Below, piece after piece: positions 1-12,846 of a stretch of 64,000 nt of DNA (positions within the stretch are counted from its first letter, which is position 1; each line of letters opens with the position of its first letter). The DNA lies in the NCBI GenBank assembly GCA_053919585.1, contig CM132801.1. One strand, 5' to 3'. The notes beneath the pieces are model-generated. The model saw only the letters and a program-made list of their open reading frames with translations, was not told the origin of the DNA and made no database searches. A program made the position numbers and the translations under genes. The DNA is from Euprymna scolopes. Taxonomy: Eukaryota.

Positions 1-62
1 GCTAATGAAGCCAGGGTGGCTCCAGTCGCTGGGTTCGAATCTATCGACTAGCGTTAATCGTG

Positions 63-114
63 ACACCCTGAACTGATGATTCCCGAACGGATGAAACACT
101 AGTGTCTGTTGGTA
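63..114 (+). ncRNA. Type I hammerhead ribozyme motif (family 1, copy 1)
   Basis: CTGATGA(73-79) t TCC cgaac GGA t GAAA CACTAGTG TC. Stem III palindrome ACACTAGTGT; GUC site; stem I partly degraded. Confidence 0.7.
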
Positions 115-395
115 TTTAATAATTATTATAGTAAATCATTATGTCAGCTCCTTTAAGAAACTCGTTGAGCACTTTTAGTTGAATTAAAAAGTCGGTCAAT
201 TTAGCTCTTATGTATAGATCATCATATAATGATTAGATCACTGTGACAGGCGTTAAAAAGCATTTAAAAAATAAATGTTTAAACTTCAACAAATTTCTCG
301 CGGTTAACAATAGCCGAACGGATTGTGCCATTGCTAATGAAGCCAGAAATGGCTTCTGTCGCTGGGTTCGAATCTATCGACTAATGTTAATCATG

Positions 396-447
396 ACACC
401 TTGCACTGATGATTCCCGAAAAGATCAAACACTAGTGTCTGTAGGTA
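396..447 (+). ncRNA. Type I hammerhead ribozyme motif (family 1, copy 2; G12>C, stem II degraded)
   Basis: ccttgca CTGATGA(406-412)...CAAA CACTAGTG TC tgtagg. Stem I pairs (tgca/tgta, cc/gg). Confidence 0.6.
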
Positions 448-574
448 TTTAATAATTATTATAGTAAATAATTATATGTGTGTGTATGTGTGTGTTTGTG
501 CATGTGTGTGTATGTGTGTGAGCGAGATAGAGACACTAGAAATATCATGAGTGAGAGAAAGGGAGACATTTATA

Positions 575-1205
575 TAATAACAATATCAAAGAGACAGAAA
601 AGCGGAGCGAATACATGGAACTGGCCAGAGAGCTCAAAAGGATATGAAAGATGAAGAAAGTCAAGATAATACCAATAATAGTAGGAGTACTAGGAACAAT
701 GCCAAAAATCTTTTTGAAAAATAGGAGAGATTGGAATCGAGGGATGGCTGAGAATATACAAAGGATAACAATGATGAAAACAACTGAAATAATAACGAAA
801 ATCCTTCGAATGTGAAGAGTAACACACATGAGCTACATGCGCAAGCCGGACATATAGAAACTGCTACGGATGTAAATCTCAAAGAAATACCACATCGAAT
901 CATGAAAACTGAAATTTTATAATTGTAAGTTAACCCCTGCATCCTTGCCATTCGCGCTCTGTCTTACCTCCCAATTTTTTGTGCCACTATAACTAGTACT
1001 ACGCCAAATAAGTGAGGAGGATCAAGGAAGATGGAAAGATAAAGTACTAACCAGACCTCCACTGGATAAATGCGAAGAGGACTGGGACCTTGAAGAGGCT
1101 TAATGCCACTAAAATCCCAGTAAAGACTAATGGTCGCTACCAACGAGAAATCAATGGTAAACGGCTATTTTGCGATAACGCAAGCTATTTTGCAATTATT
1201 ATTAG
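575..1205 (+). mobile_element. R4/Dong-type (RLE) non-LTR retrotransposon 3' fragment
   Basis: Translates KETEKRSEYMELARELKRI*KMKKVKIIPIIVGVLGTMPK, the C-terminal RLE region; homologous to 9060-9280 (-). 1040-1140 resembles 6420-6590 (-). Confidence 0.7.
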
Positions 1206-1383
1206 AATAGGTGGTGAGTACTGCAAATCTGGGAAGACATGTCACTTATACTCCATCTGATATCACACAAAATACGCGTAAAATGTCAAGGATAGTAGAA
1301 TGACTGAGAGAGGAAACAATAACCGACTTTTACTGAATGAGTGTGAAGAGTTACAGGACTTTGGAGAGTTTTTTTTTTTTTTT

Positions 1384-3650
1384 ACACAGTGGTCACCACT
1401 TATCAAGGCCCGGAAGCCACTCAGGGATAAGGGTTATTGCAAGTACATTACGTTAGTGTGGAGATTTGATGAAGTGTTTAATTAAGGGGGCGGTTAATAT
1501 GTTAACGTTGGACTTGAACACATCCAAGTTGTAGTCAGGTGGAAAGCAGGCAGACGAAACAGAGTTCTACAGGCGTGCAGTTCTAAGAAAGAAGCTTTGT
1601 TCATGGAATCCACGTTTTGTTTTAGGCACAGATAAAGAGTGGGGGAAATTTTTCACAGTGGATTCGGCCAGACGAGTGTTTTTTGTGAAAGATTGGCGAG
1701 GGGGGACCAGAGATTGGAGTTCAGACGAGCACCTACCATGGAAATAACGATAAAACAAGGATAGGATCGCAACGTCTCTTCTGTGGGAGAGAGGTTGTAG
1801 GGTAGAGAAAAGAGCATACCCCACTAAGCCACGAAGTCTATTTTATACTCTGTCAAGGCAGGATAGGCTGTTTTTAGCAGCTCCTGCCCAGATATGGCAG
1901 CAGTATTCCATCCTTGGACGTACTTGGCTTTTATATAAATAGAGAATTGCATCAGTAGTGAGATATCTTCTGGCGCGGTAGAAGGATCCCACCATCTTTC
2001 CAGCGACCTTGGCAACAGACTTGATGTACGTGTTCCATTTCAGATCAGGAGTAAAGGTCAAACCAGAAGCTTGTCAAAACACGGGGCCTCACCCAGACGA
2101 GAGCACTCCATCTCAATTGATGCCAGATGGGGATCAGAGCGTTGATGATGTAAGGATAGGAGTTTGGTTTTAGATGCATTAAAGGTAACCAGCCACGTCT
2201 TCCCCCACTGAACCACGCGCTCGAGATCAGAGGAGAGAGAATCAGAGAGAACTTTGTCATTTACAGTCTTTGATGTGTTGCCATAGATGGTCGTGTCATC
2301 AGCATAGATGTCAACGAATGATTTAAGTATGTGTTTAGGGAGGTCATTGATGTAGATCAGGAAGAGAGTTGGGCCCAGGATTGACCCCTGAGGGACTCCA
2401 GCATTAATACTGCAGGCCTCTGATTTTTGTCCATCGACCACTACTCTTATGAGCCTATCGGAGAGAAATGATTTAATGATTGAGAAAACATTTCCAGTTA
2501 TACCGTAGCTGGAAATCTTGTGAAGTAGACCCTTATGCCATACCTTATCGAAGGCTTTTCATATGTCAAGAGAAATTGCCATAGAAAGGAAACCTTTGTC
2601 AGGAGATTCACTAATCCTGTGAGATATAACCGTCAGCACATCTGCGGTAGATCTTGCAGAGCGGAAACCATATTGTGTGTCACTAAGAAGGTTATTCCTG
2701 CTGAGGTGGTTGACTATTTCTCTATTTAATATGGATTCCAGCAACTTACTCATAACACACAGGAGACTTATTGGTCTGTACTGAGAGGGATATGATTTAT
2801 CACCTGAATTCTTAAATACAGGACAAACTGATGAGGTCTTCCAGGGAGTCGGACAGCACTTCTCCTTAAGGCAGCGCTTAAACAGTTTCGTAAGTATGGG
2901 AGCAAGTTCTGGTTGAAGCTTTTTTAACACTATAATTGGGATGCCATCAGGGCCAGTTGCTTTACTGGAATCAAGGTTCTTGATTAGCTTGGCGATCTCA
3001 TGCACGGATATTTGTATTTTACCTAGCGTGTTCTGTGTTATAGGAGGAAATATGGGGAGTTGATGGCCTTCGTCGCATAGGGTAGAATTAGCTGCAAAGT
3101 TCTTTGCAAATAGTTTGGCCTTGTCTGACGCTGACGAGATGACCTCTGGTCCATTGATAATGGTTGGGATAGAACGCACACTTCTGTTCAGGATCCTATT
3201 TGTTATTTGCCAAAACTGGTGGGAACCAAGCCGCTGATCAGCTACCTTGGATTTAACAGACTGGGCATATAGCTCACTTGCATTTTTTATTACTCTTTTA
3301 CAGTGGTTGCTGGCAGCCCTGAAAGCAGCCTTAGTCTCAGTGCATCTATTACGTTGGTAGCTATGAAAAAAGTGATTTCTGTGCGCGATAGCAGCAGCAT
3401 ATTCTGGGGAGAACCATGGCTGGCTGTTAGGTTTTTGTTGGAATTTTTTAGATGGTATGAATTGGTCTATGCCTACAATTAACCATTCGGTCAGATCTGA
3501 TACTATAGAGGACACTTCCTTTTTAAACATGGAGTACAGAGGTAAATCAGATATGAATGTACGGAAGCTTTGCCAGTCAGCCATAGAGTATCGGTATACA
3601 GTACGGTGGAGGGGTACGTCTGGGGTTATTGCCACGCAAATTCCAGGGCA
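1384..3650 (-). mobile_element. CR1/Jockey-group LINE, 5'-truncated, frameshifted ORF2 (RT)
   Basis: ORFs 2559-3686, 2058-2441, 1843-2061, 1567-1824 with KATGPDGIP, YRPISLL, QYGFR, GVPQGSILGP, YADD, RPRMEYCCHIW, LSHRRDVA. 3' UTR ends at an A-tail (T-run ~1369-1383). Confidence 0.95.
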
Positions 3651-4805
3651 GATCAATCGCCGTTGCGAGCTAAAAATAAATGGCAAGCTGCCGTTCTGCT
3701 AACAAATAGTTATAAAAAATGTTGGCGCTTACTGAAAATCTGGCGAAACTTTTTAGTTCCCAGATTTAAGGAAACACCCCCATTTGTTCTCAGTTAGTAA
3801 TCTCTGATGTTCGTCTGCGTGAAAATTCCTGGTATGTACCAATAATACTAAGTAAACTAAAGCGGTAGGGAAGGTGAGGAAAAAAGGAAGAAGAGAAATA
3901 CGACCGTAAAAGAAGATAACTAAGAAAGAAACAAAGCACGAAAACAAAATATACTAGTAAACGAAGGCCGACTGATAGGGTATACTATACATCACAAAAT
4001 ACAAAATAGAACCTTTAAAAACAAAACAAAGCGTAAAAGAGGTAAAAACAAAAATTAAACAACGAAGACTGAAAGAAACATCTTAACACTACTGGCGCAA
4101 TATATGGGAAAGATGATGATTTTAAATGATACTGACTGTCTTAATAATTTTAGTGTGTGTGGATGCCACACTGATGGTTGTGGTCACAATTTATTTAGTG
4201 GTAGTGGTGACAGTGATATCTACAACAGCTTCAACACACTGATATACCCGATAATACCATAGGAAAGTGTAGATCGAAATAGACGGAAAACCGAAAGAGA
4301 AACAAAAGACTAAAGAGAATTTCGCGAGAAAGAAAATGGAAATGAAACGAAACGGACTTTGTTAATCGAATTAACACAAACAACGAAATAAAAATAAAGA
4401 AACAGTAACGAACGAGAAAACAAAAACGGGTAAATCTCCGAAAATAAACGGCTTTGCTATCCAGTCAGGCTGAAGTAAATGTCTCTCTTGATTCGCTTGA
4501 TACGAAAGTTGCAGCGTCAATCTAATAAGTTGCTAGAGCACATGCCACTGACACACAGCGAACAAGAAATGGTGATATGTCCCTATGTCAGTAAGGGATG
4601 GTGTGTAACGTATGATTAGCATGAACTCATATCATTCTATCTCTTCACCATCTCTTCATTTCTTCATCTTCTATCATCAGGCTTCAGTTTTTTCTTCACA
4701 TATCTATCCATTTTTACGCATCACACTGAATATATATAGATGTGTGTATGAAAGTGTATATGTATACACACACGTGTGTATATATATACACGTGTGTGTA
4801 CATAC

Positions 4806-4853
<48 letters not shown>

Positions 4854-5104
4854 TCTCAACACATATTGAGAGAGATGCAAAGAGCGACAGCGGGAGAGAA
4901 AGATGTACAGCGAAATAAATGTAGCTATTTTGGAATAATATATATTGTGCTTAANNNNNNNNNNNNNNNNNNNNNNNNNNNNNNNNNNNNNNNNNNNNNN
5001 NNNNNNNNNNNNNNNNNNNNNNNNNNNNNNNNNNNNNNNNNNNNNNNNNNNNNNNNNNNNNNNNNNNNNNNNNNNNNNNNNNNNNNNNNNNNNNNNNNNN
5101 NNNN

Positions 5105-5753
5105 ATGGTTGACTATTTTGAAAAACCGATTACATATAATTCTAGAAGATTTATCGAGACACGGGAATGGGTATATTTGATCTGGCAGAAGGATGGTTCA
5201 TTAAAATTGTGGGGTCTGCGTTCGCGCCTGGTCCACAAAGTATGGAAATAAAAAAAAATAAAAATTAATTAAAAAAATGCTTGCAAGTGTTTTTGATATA
5301 GATGTACATAATAATACTTTGATGAGTATGTTTTCACTTAAATAAGGATGGTATAATAAAATTGTGGGGTCTGCGTTCTCGTCTGGCCCCCATAGAATGG
5401 AAATAGGCACAAACTTTAATAAAGTCTTTTTCTATCTATCTGCGTAAGTATACTTTGATAATTATGTTTCAGTTTGAAGAAATGTGGTATAATAAAATTA
5501 TGCGGTGTTCATGTACATCTATATCAAAAACACTTGTAAATGTTTTTTTTTTATTTTTAAATTTTTTATTTCTATACTTTGTAGACCAGGTGCGTACACA
5601 GACCCCACAATTTTAATGAATCATAATTATGCAAGATCAAACATACCCATTCCTGTGTCTCGATACATCTTCTATCATTATATGAGATCAGGTTTCTATA
5701 ATAGTCAACCATATAGAGCCTATTCGTGACCAGACACACACACAGACGTTCAG

Positions 5754-5760
<7 letters not shown>
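5105..5760. mobile_element. Foldback/MITE-like element with long imperfect inverted arms
   Basis: 5105-5260 (atggttgactatt...tcgagacacgggaatgggtat...attgtggggtctg) is the reverse complement of ~5560-5712; ends in acacacagac..(TA)n. Confidence 0.6.
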
Positions 5761-5799
<39 letters not shown>

Positions 5800-5809
<10 letters not shown>

Positions 5810-5855
5810 TTCATAAGTTTTTGTTTCGGCTTCGATTCAAGCTGATGCATTCAAG

Positions 5856-5920
<65 letters not shown>

Positions 5921-6290
5921 TTTTGAAATCGCAACATTATAATATATAAAAATCGATAGAACATTAACTTTATAATAATATATACGAAATCTGCAAGAAT
6001 TAAAATGCCATATTTAAGCGAACATTATGATCTGGCTAGACGTCACATCCTCCTTATATTACCTAGAATCTTCTCTACTCTTCTGATGAGAAGCATTAGG
6101 CGTCGAAATACCTTGGTATAAAGAGTCCTCTTTATCCCCCAACTAAATGTATGTATATCCTTACTAGCTTCGATAACAAAAGAGCTACAATAATATCAGA
6201 GCGTCTCCATTTATGCTGAACATCTACAGAATGCCAACATCAATATATTACATATGAATAAGTCCCCTGTGGAATTTCCACAGGTCCTGC
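5800..6290 (+). repeat. Dispersed repeat, paralog of 12340-12695, interrupted by a hammerhead-bearing segment
   Basis: Shared gtttcggcttcgattcaagctgatgca ... aaagagctacaataatat ... atttccacaggt blocks. Confidence 0.7.
6077..6126 (+). ncRNA. Type I hammerhead ribozyme, near-canonical
   Basis: Stem I ACTCTT/AAGAGT; CTGATGA; stem II GAaGC-attag-GCgTC (one mismatch); GAAA; stem III ATACC-tt-GGTAT; AUA cleavage triplet. Confidence 0.85.
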
Positions 6291-6318
6291 TAGTTATTAT
6301 TATTATTATTATTATTAT

Positions 6319-6319
<1 letters not shown>

Positions 6320-6360
<41 letters not shown>

Positions 6361-6620
6361 CTTAAAAGGTGCTTTGAAATAAAGCTATCATAAAGGATCT
6401 CTCCTTGAAAATAGCCTGTGGCGTTCTCTGGAAGCTGAGTAACAACAAGTCTCTCTAGTTTTCCAGTGCTCTTCACCTCTTCTGATAACATTTGCAAATT
6501 AATTTGCATCAGCCGACTACCATTGATCTCTCGCTAGCAGCTAGTAGTCTCCACTGTCCAGATGAGGTCTGGCCAGTGCTCTCTCCTCCATCCATCTTTT
6601 GCCCTTCTCGGCTATTTGGT
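6320..6620 (-). mobile_element. R4/Dong-like 3' end with (TAC)n/(TAA)n tail
   Basis: Similar to 1040-1140 and abuts the (TTA)n/(TAG)n microsatellite, as expected for TAA-targeting RLE elements. Confidence 0.45.
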
Positions 6621-6812
6621 AGCATTCTTTTGTAGGGAGCGGTGATTGAGTAATGGGAGAATGGGGGAGGGGATGGTGGAGGGATAGAGAACTTATGAAT
6701 ATGTATCTTCTATGTTCTTGGTTCCATATAACTCTTCTTCATATTGTTGTGTAGCCGGGTGTTCATATTGTGGTGACATATATCGAGTACTTTTTAAAGA
6801 GAGACGGGGACA

Positions 6813-7713
6813 TGTAATACACGATGAGGGAGGGATACATGAGAGAGGCATTTATACAGTTCTGTGAATGTTTCTTCTTTTAACAGAATGAGTTATCAGT
6901 TCTTTTATCGCATATATTAGAGAGAGGAGGAGACCAGGTAATAAACAGTTCTTATAACACAAAAGTGGAGACACATTTCTTAGATGAGTTATACACAATG
7001 TTCATTAATAACGATGAGTGGACACAATGTTCATATAAAGATGGGTTTCACATTACCTTTAGTTGTTGTATAATGACCAACACGAAGACGCAGTTACAAA
7101 ATTTTGATAATATCGTTTATTCATGCGACCGGTCAATGATTGATGACATTCAGAAATTCAAAGTCACTACATGATTACACTTCTAACCCTTCGCTTCCAA
7201 AGGGGCACTCCTTCTGACCAACGTCAGCTCTGTCTCCCGTCTGTCCAACCCTGACTCTGTCTGTCCGACTCTGTCTCCGTTCTTCTGTTTCTATCTCAAA
7301 CTAGCAACTATATTGAGAATTCATTTCTCAGCCATGACGTCATCGCATGACCAAAAACGTGTTCGATCGATCCCAGAGCCTGAACATGCGCGATCCTCAC
7401 ATGCATAATTCGCACATCTAACCCATTTCTTCTAACCTATTTTCGACCTGACTTATTTTCCAACATATTTAAATTTGCTATTGTTCGTTCTCTTAACTGA
7501 CCTTGTTTTAATTCAATTTTCATTTAAAGAATTGAATAATTAAATTCCTTTTCAAACCACATATCTAAACTATTTTATGTGAAAACTAAACAATGGGTAA
7601 TTCTACATTCAATTTTCCGAATCCATTTCAGAACCTATTTCTGAACCTAGATTACCAAGTTCAATTCTCGGTATATCCTATCTCATTTTTACTTATTTAA
7701 TGTTTTTCTTACA
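6813..7713 (-). mobile_element. LTR-like repeat, paralog of 33442-34110
   Basis: TGTAA...TTACA ends. Shares tgacgtcatggc..ttctcaatatag..agagtcaggg..ggaagcga..accggtcg..aataaac with 33780-34000. 7633-7700 recurs at 8919-8987 ending TGTAACA. No TSD seen. Confidence 0.45.
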
Positions 7714-9039
7714 AGAAAAGAGGACCTCCCCTCTTCATTTTCAAAAAATGTACGCATTTTTAAATTCAGTGCATTTTTCTCTATATCTACAAAACCACTC
7801 GGCTAAGAAAAATCACGCACCCCCCAAAAAAAACTCTCCTTTAATCAGCCCTTTCCAACTGACTTCACAATTTATTTATTTATTTATTTAGATCAGACTC
7901 TCTCCGATCTTCTTGGCATTTACTTTTTGGGTGTAGGTTATTTCTCCCTTGATTCACGTCAGCTGCTTCATCCAGCCACCCTTATGCTGTAAACGCGAGG
8001 TCTCATTTTACCTCTTTCAAAATCGACGACTTCTTTTCATCCAAAAGTGTCCTGACCGTTTCTTTTGCCTGGTTGTTCTATTAAGTGTGGCTTTGTTCCA
8101 TTTTGTAACTATTTTATCTTTTTCGTGACATACTCAAAGATCATTTACTTACATCTTTGTGGTTGGCTTCCAATTATTAAGATATACCTTTTAATCACAC
8201 TGATTCACTTAGATTTCCTTGCTTGAACCCTTGGAACTTGATGAAGATTTAGAAAATATCACCCTTAACCATCCCTTGTACCACAATTCCTATATGCGCA
8301 CTAAATTCTAACTATGGCCCGATTTCCGTGATTTTTCTTTTTTTTCTCATCAGAGCTTCCTAGATCCAGCAGATATATCCCGCATTCATGCATATATATA
8401 TATATCAGGTGATATCTTCCTACGTACATACGGTATATTTTACTTTTCTCTCGACTCATTATGCTATATATGATTTGCCTGTGGTACTGACTCTCATAGT
8501 CCTTATGGTACCCTAAGGATTCTCGTATCCTTCACCGTCTACATTTAATTTATTGAACCAAAACTTACTACCCTGTTGGGAGTCATTACTTGCGACCAGC
8601 TTGTAAGCGCCCAATTTTTCACAGGATCCATTATTTTTTCGAACAAGTCATTTCTAATGCTTACCCGGCAAGCTACATATCTTGCGAAAAAATGTTTATG
8701 GACTTTCAAAAAAATACTAAAAGCAAATATTAAAAAAGAAAATCTCTCTTTCGGCCTAGCACATCTCAAAAATACCCATTTACGTAATTTTCTATTTTGT
8801 CCCTCTCTAAAATTCTAAGTTATTTCTAGGCCAACCATCTGTTTTATTTTCCTATAGCTTGTTCTTTCCATTTTATTGTATATACCTAATTATGACTTTA
8901 AATTCCTGTCGTAAAAATACCTATTTCTGAACCCAGATTACCAAGTTCAATTTTCGGTCAATCCTATCTCATTTTTACTTATTTAACCTTTTCTTGTAAC
9001 AATATTTTGTCTCTGCAGCAGTTCGTCTGATCCGCGCAT

Positions 9040-10300
9040 ATGGCTCATGTGTATTTGTCCCCGCATTCAAGGGTTTTCCTTAATATTTCAGCTGTTTTCA
9101 TTATTGTTATTCGTATCTTTCCAGTCATTGCTCTGATTTCAATTTCTCCCCTGTTTTCAAAGTTTTTCGGAATTGTTCCTAGTGCTCCTACTATTATAAG
9201 TACTCTCGTGATTTTTTTATCATCTATATCCTTTCAGTTTTCTGGAGAGCTTTGTGTATTTGTTCTGTTTTCGCTTTTTCTTTGATATTTTCCTGTGGTC
9301 GGCTGGAGCAGCAAAGTCTACGATTTGGCAGGACTTTTCTTTTCTTGATAATTGTTACGACATCCGGTTTTCTTGTTTGGATAGGTTTATCCGTTTTTAT
9401 ATCTATGTCCCATTGGATTTATATTTTCAATTACTGTTGCTGGCTTATATTTGTACCATTTGCCTGTGCGTTCGAGATGCAGTTGTTTGTACAATTCTCA
9501 GTGTACTGCTCTTCCCATTTGGTCGTGCCTTTTCTTGTATTCCTTTTAGGCTAGTTTGCTACATTCACTTACTATATGGTTTATCGTTTCGTCTTTTATC
9601 CACAGAGTCTACATTTGCTGTTTTGCTGTGTTTCGTCGATCTTTGCTTTGATGTGGTTTGTTGCTATCGAATTATCTTGTGCTGCCATTATTAGGGATTC
9701 AGTTTCTTTGTTTACGTGTCCTTTTCTCATCCATGTCCAAGTGTTTTCGTAATTCTCATCATTTTTCAACGTTATGAATCTTCCATGTAGTTGTTTCTCT
9801 TCACATTTTTCTTTACTTGTCTTATCCTTTGTCTTTCTGTTTTCTGTTTTGTTGCTTTTTCTTTGTATTTCGCTGCTATGATCATCCTTTGAGTGTTTTG
9901 CGTCATATATTTTTCTCGTTCTTTTTTGTGTCATTCACACAGACTTCTGTACATACCAGTCCGTTCTCACCATCCTTCGTTTTCACGTAGAATCGTCAAC
10001 ATCGTCCTTCGGATGTAGTGCATTGTGAATAATCATGAGTTCCTGGTCTTCTGATCAAACTGTCTCAGTTCTTCTTTGGTCCACCCTATGAACGGTCCAG
10101 AGTATCTTACTAATGATACTGCCCATGTATTTATACCTGTTATTAGGTCTCTGCTATATAATTTAGTTTCCAGAAGTTTCCTTGTTTTCCTGCGGTATAC
10201 CTTTTCAATTCTCTCTTTCATTTCTGTTGCTTTGATGTTGTCTACTTCCAGAACTCTTGTGTATTTATAGGCGTCTTGTTCCCCTAGTGCCCTCATCTTG
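9040..10300 (-). mobile_element. R4/Dong-type RLE non-LTR retrotransposon, degenerate 3' half
   Basis: YKYTRVLE..INTWAVSLVRYS, ETESLIMAAQD, CCHC knuckle KCRLCG..ETINHIVSEC, PD..DF endonuclease region, IIVGALGTIPKN. (TTA)n at 10305-10365. Confidence 0.9.
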
Positions 10301-10729
10301 GTATCATTATTATTATTATCATTATTATTTTATTATTATTACTATTATTATTATTATTATTATTTGTACTAACAAGTTCTCACGTATGATATCATCTCAT
10401 ATTGCACACTGATAATAACTGGTGTTTCCTGAAGGGTGGGTGACAAACGTCTCCATATTTCCATATATGCACCTCTTTTGATAACCTCTGAAACTACTTT
10501 GCATTATCATGAAAGCTGCTTACCATTGATTTCTCCCTANNNNNNNNNNNNNNNNNNNNNNNNNNNNNNNNNNNNNNNNNNNNNNNNNNNNNNNNNNNNN
10601 NNNNNNNNNNNNNNNNNNNNNNNNNNNNNNNNNNNNNNNNNNNNNNNNNNNNNNNNNNNNNNNNNNNNNNNNNNNNNNNNNNNNNNNNNNNNNNNNNNNN
10701 NNNNNNNNNNNNNNNNNNNNNNNNNNNNN

Positions 10730-11465
10730 CCGGATTTGCTTGAGCCCTATATACTTTTCTTAACTTTATGTGCATATGTATATATATATTAAAAATATTT
10801 TTTACATCTTAAATTTGAAGCGTTTAGAACCAAATTTGGCAGAAGAGTTTGGTGGAGTCTGCAAAAGTCAAATGTTTGGCCAAAAACAGATTAAAATGCT
10901 TGCTGCATGTCTGAATCACCTTTATGTAAAATTTCAAAAGTTTAAATCAAAAATTGGCTGAATAGATTGCTAGAGACCGCACAGGTCAAATCTTTCTTTG
11001 CAGCCAATTTTTTGCTAAAACAACATTACAAAGTTTGTCTTATGTCTGAATACACTTTATATAAAATTTCAAATGTTCAGATCCAAAATTGGCTGATAAT
11101 TTGGAAGAAACCGCAGAGGTCAATTTTAAAAAAAAACTTTGAACCGAATTTTGACCCTTTAACATTTGTTGTTTTGGGCTCAAATCAAGTTAAAAAGTTT
11201 TATCCCTGCCCAAGTAACCTACATCTAAAATTTCAAGTGTTTAGACCGAAAATTGCCGGAGGAGTTTGGTAGAGTTTTCAAATCTCAAATCGATGAACTT
11301 TGACCCCTTGACAGCCAAATTTCTGACCGAAAACCGATTAAAAAAAGCTTAATATCCCTTATGTTAATCTCGGGTCTGTAGACTGAAAATTGACAGAGTA
11401 GTTTGGTAGGGAAATGTACACACACAGACACACACAGAGACCATTTCACTTTTATAGATATATAG
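10730..11465 (+). mobile_element. Helitron/Helentron-like non-autonomous repeat family A
   Basis: 5' ccggatttgcttgagccc; internal subrepeats aaatttcaaatgtttagaccaaaaattg; 3' acacacagac..ttcactttta(TA)n. Paralogs at 35230, 42961, 60265. Confidence 0.55.
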
Positions 11466-11527
<62 letters not shown>

Positions 11528-11628
11528 TGTTTTTTATGACATTTCATGTTCGCCTGTACATTATCAACTTATTATAAATTAAAAAATGTAAGATCGTTGG
11601 ATCAGCAAAGGTGTTTATTAGTGATAAA

Positions 11629-11789
11629 TAGGGCTGTGACAACAGAATATTCTTTTCATTCTTTTTACTCTCAGGTATATATCCGACACAGTTACACTCA
11701 CTTAATCAACCGTCTATAAAAACATATATTAACGGATATATATTCGAGAGTCAAAACAATGAAAAGAATATGCTGTTGTCACGGTCCTA
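11629..11789. mobile_element. MITE with ~55 bp imperfect TIRs
   Basis: tagggctgtgacaacagaatattcttttcatt / aatgaaaagaatatgctgttgtcacggtccta. Paralogs 24884-25063 and ~12990-13170. Confidence 0.8.
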
Positions 11790-12159
11790 GTGATTATTCT
11801 GATATAACTATAGCAAAAGAAACTTTACTCATTTTAAAAATTGCTTTAATATCAAATTATCTTGTCCCGTCGATTGTAACAATTCGATATTTAAAATCGA
11901 ATTGAAGTACATTTCAAAAGTAACGTTTGTTTTATTCATTTAAAGGCTATTAAGCTGAAAATCACTTTAAGGTGAGAATATTTTAGTGTTTTTCTTTTTT
12001 TTTAATAAAATTACTCAATTTAAGAATAAATAAATAAAAGACATATTCGCTTTATTTATGTAAAGAATCTACATATTAATAAGATAACGTGTGTTATTTA
12101 TTTTGTGTGTCACGCTTACATCCAAGTGACTGTCGTTTAATTGTCATGGACTTTCATTT

Positions 12160-12390
12160 CTTGTAATAAATAATTTTACTAAGAATTCTATAAGATCTGG
12201 TTTCGGTTTCGATTATAGCTGATGGCACTCCAGTAATCTATTTTTTGAATAAATAATTTTACCAAGAATTCTTCATAAGTTTTGATTTCGGTTTCGATAA
12301 TAGCTGAAGGAACTCAAGTTATATATACATATTTTTTTTCTTCATATGTTTTGGTTTCGGTTTCGATTCAAGCTGATGCACTCAAGTCAT
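12160..12390 (+). repeat. Three tandem ~80 bp units
   Basis: Repeated tttcggtttcgat-a-agctgatg-cactc. Confidence 0.7.
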
Positions 12391-12790
12391 ATGGATATAT
12401 ATTATTTTTTTTTTATTTTTGAAATCACAGCTATATAATATATAAAAATCGATAGAACATTGACTCTATAATAATATATACGAAATCTGCATAAATTAAA
12501 ATATATTTAAGCGTATTTTTACAACCAGCTACGCCGTGCGTCCCTAACAGCTTAGATAAATACTTTTGCAGTTTTAATAAAAGAGCTACAATAATATTAG
12601 GACGTCTCCATTTACGCTGAACATCCACAGAATGCCAACATCAATAGATTACGTATGAAAGAGTCCGCTGTGAAATTTCCACAGGTATCGCTAGTATTGC
12701 AATTATTCGTACGGAAAAAGAAAGCGCCATCTTTTTTTCTGAATAGTATTGATCCTGCCAGATATTATTATTATAAGCAATGCAATTTGA

Positions 12791-12846
<56 letters not shown>

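Larger units (their letters stand above)
1..470 (+). mobile_element. Tandem tRNA-headed hammerhead repeat (retrozyme/SINE-like family 1), unit ~333 bp, runs off window start
   Basis: 1-136 repeats at 333-469. A box TAGCCGAACGG 311-321; B box GGTTCGAATC 32-41 and 365-374; hairpin GAAGCCA-GAAA-TGGCTTC between the boxes; one hammerhead motif per unit. Confidence 0.75.

Noticed and set aside
2829-2860. CTGATGA inside the LINE antisense strand
   Set aside because: No GAAA or stem III follows; chance match in coding sequence.
8320-8357. Minus-strand CTGATGA...GAAA
   Set aside because: The intervening sequence is an A-run with no stem II.
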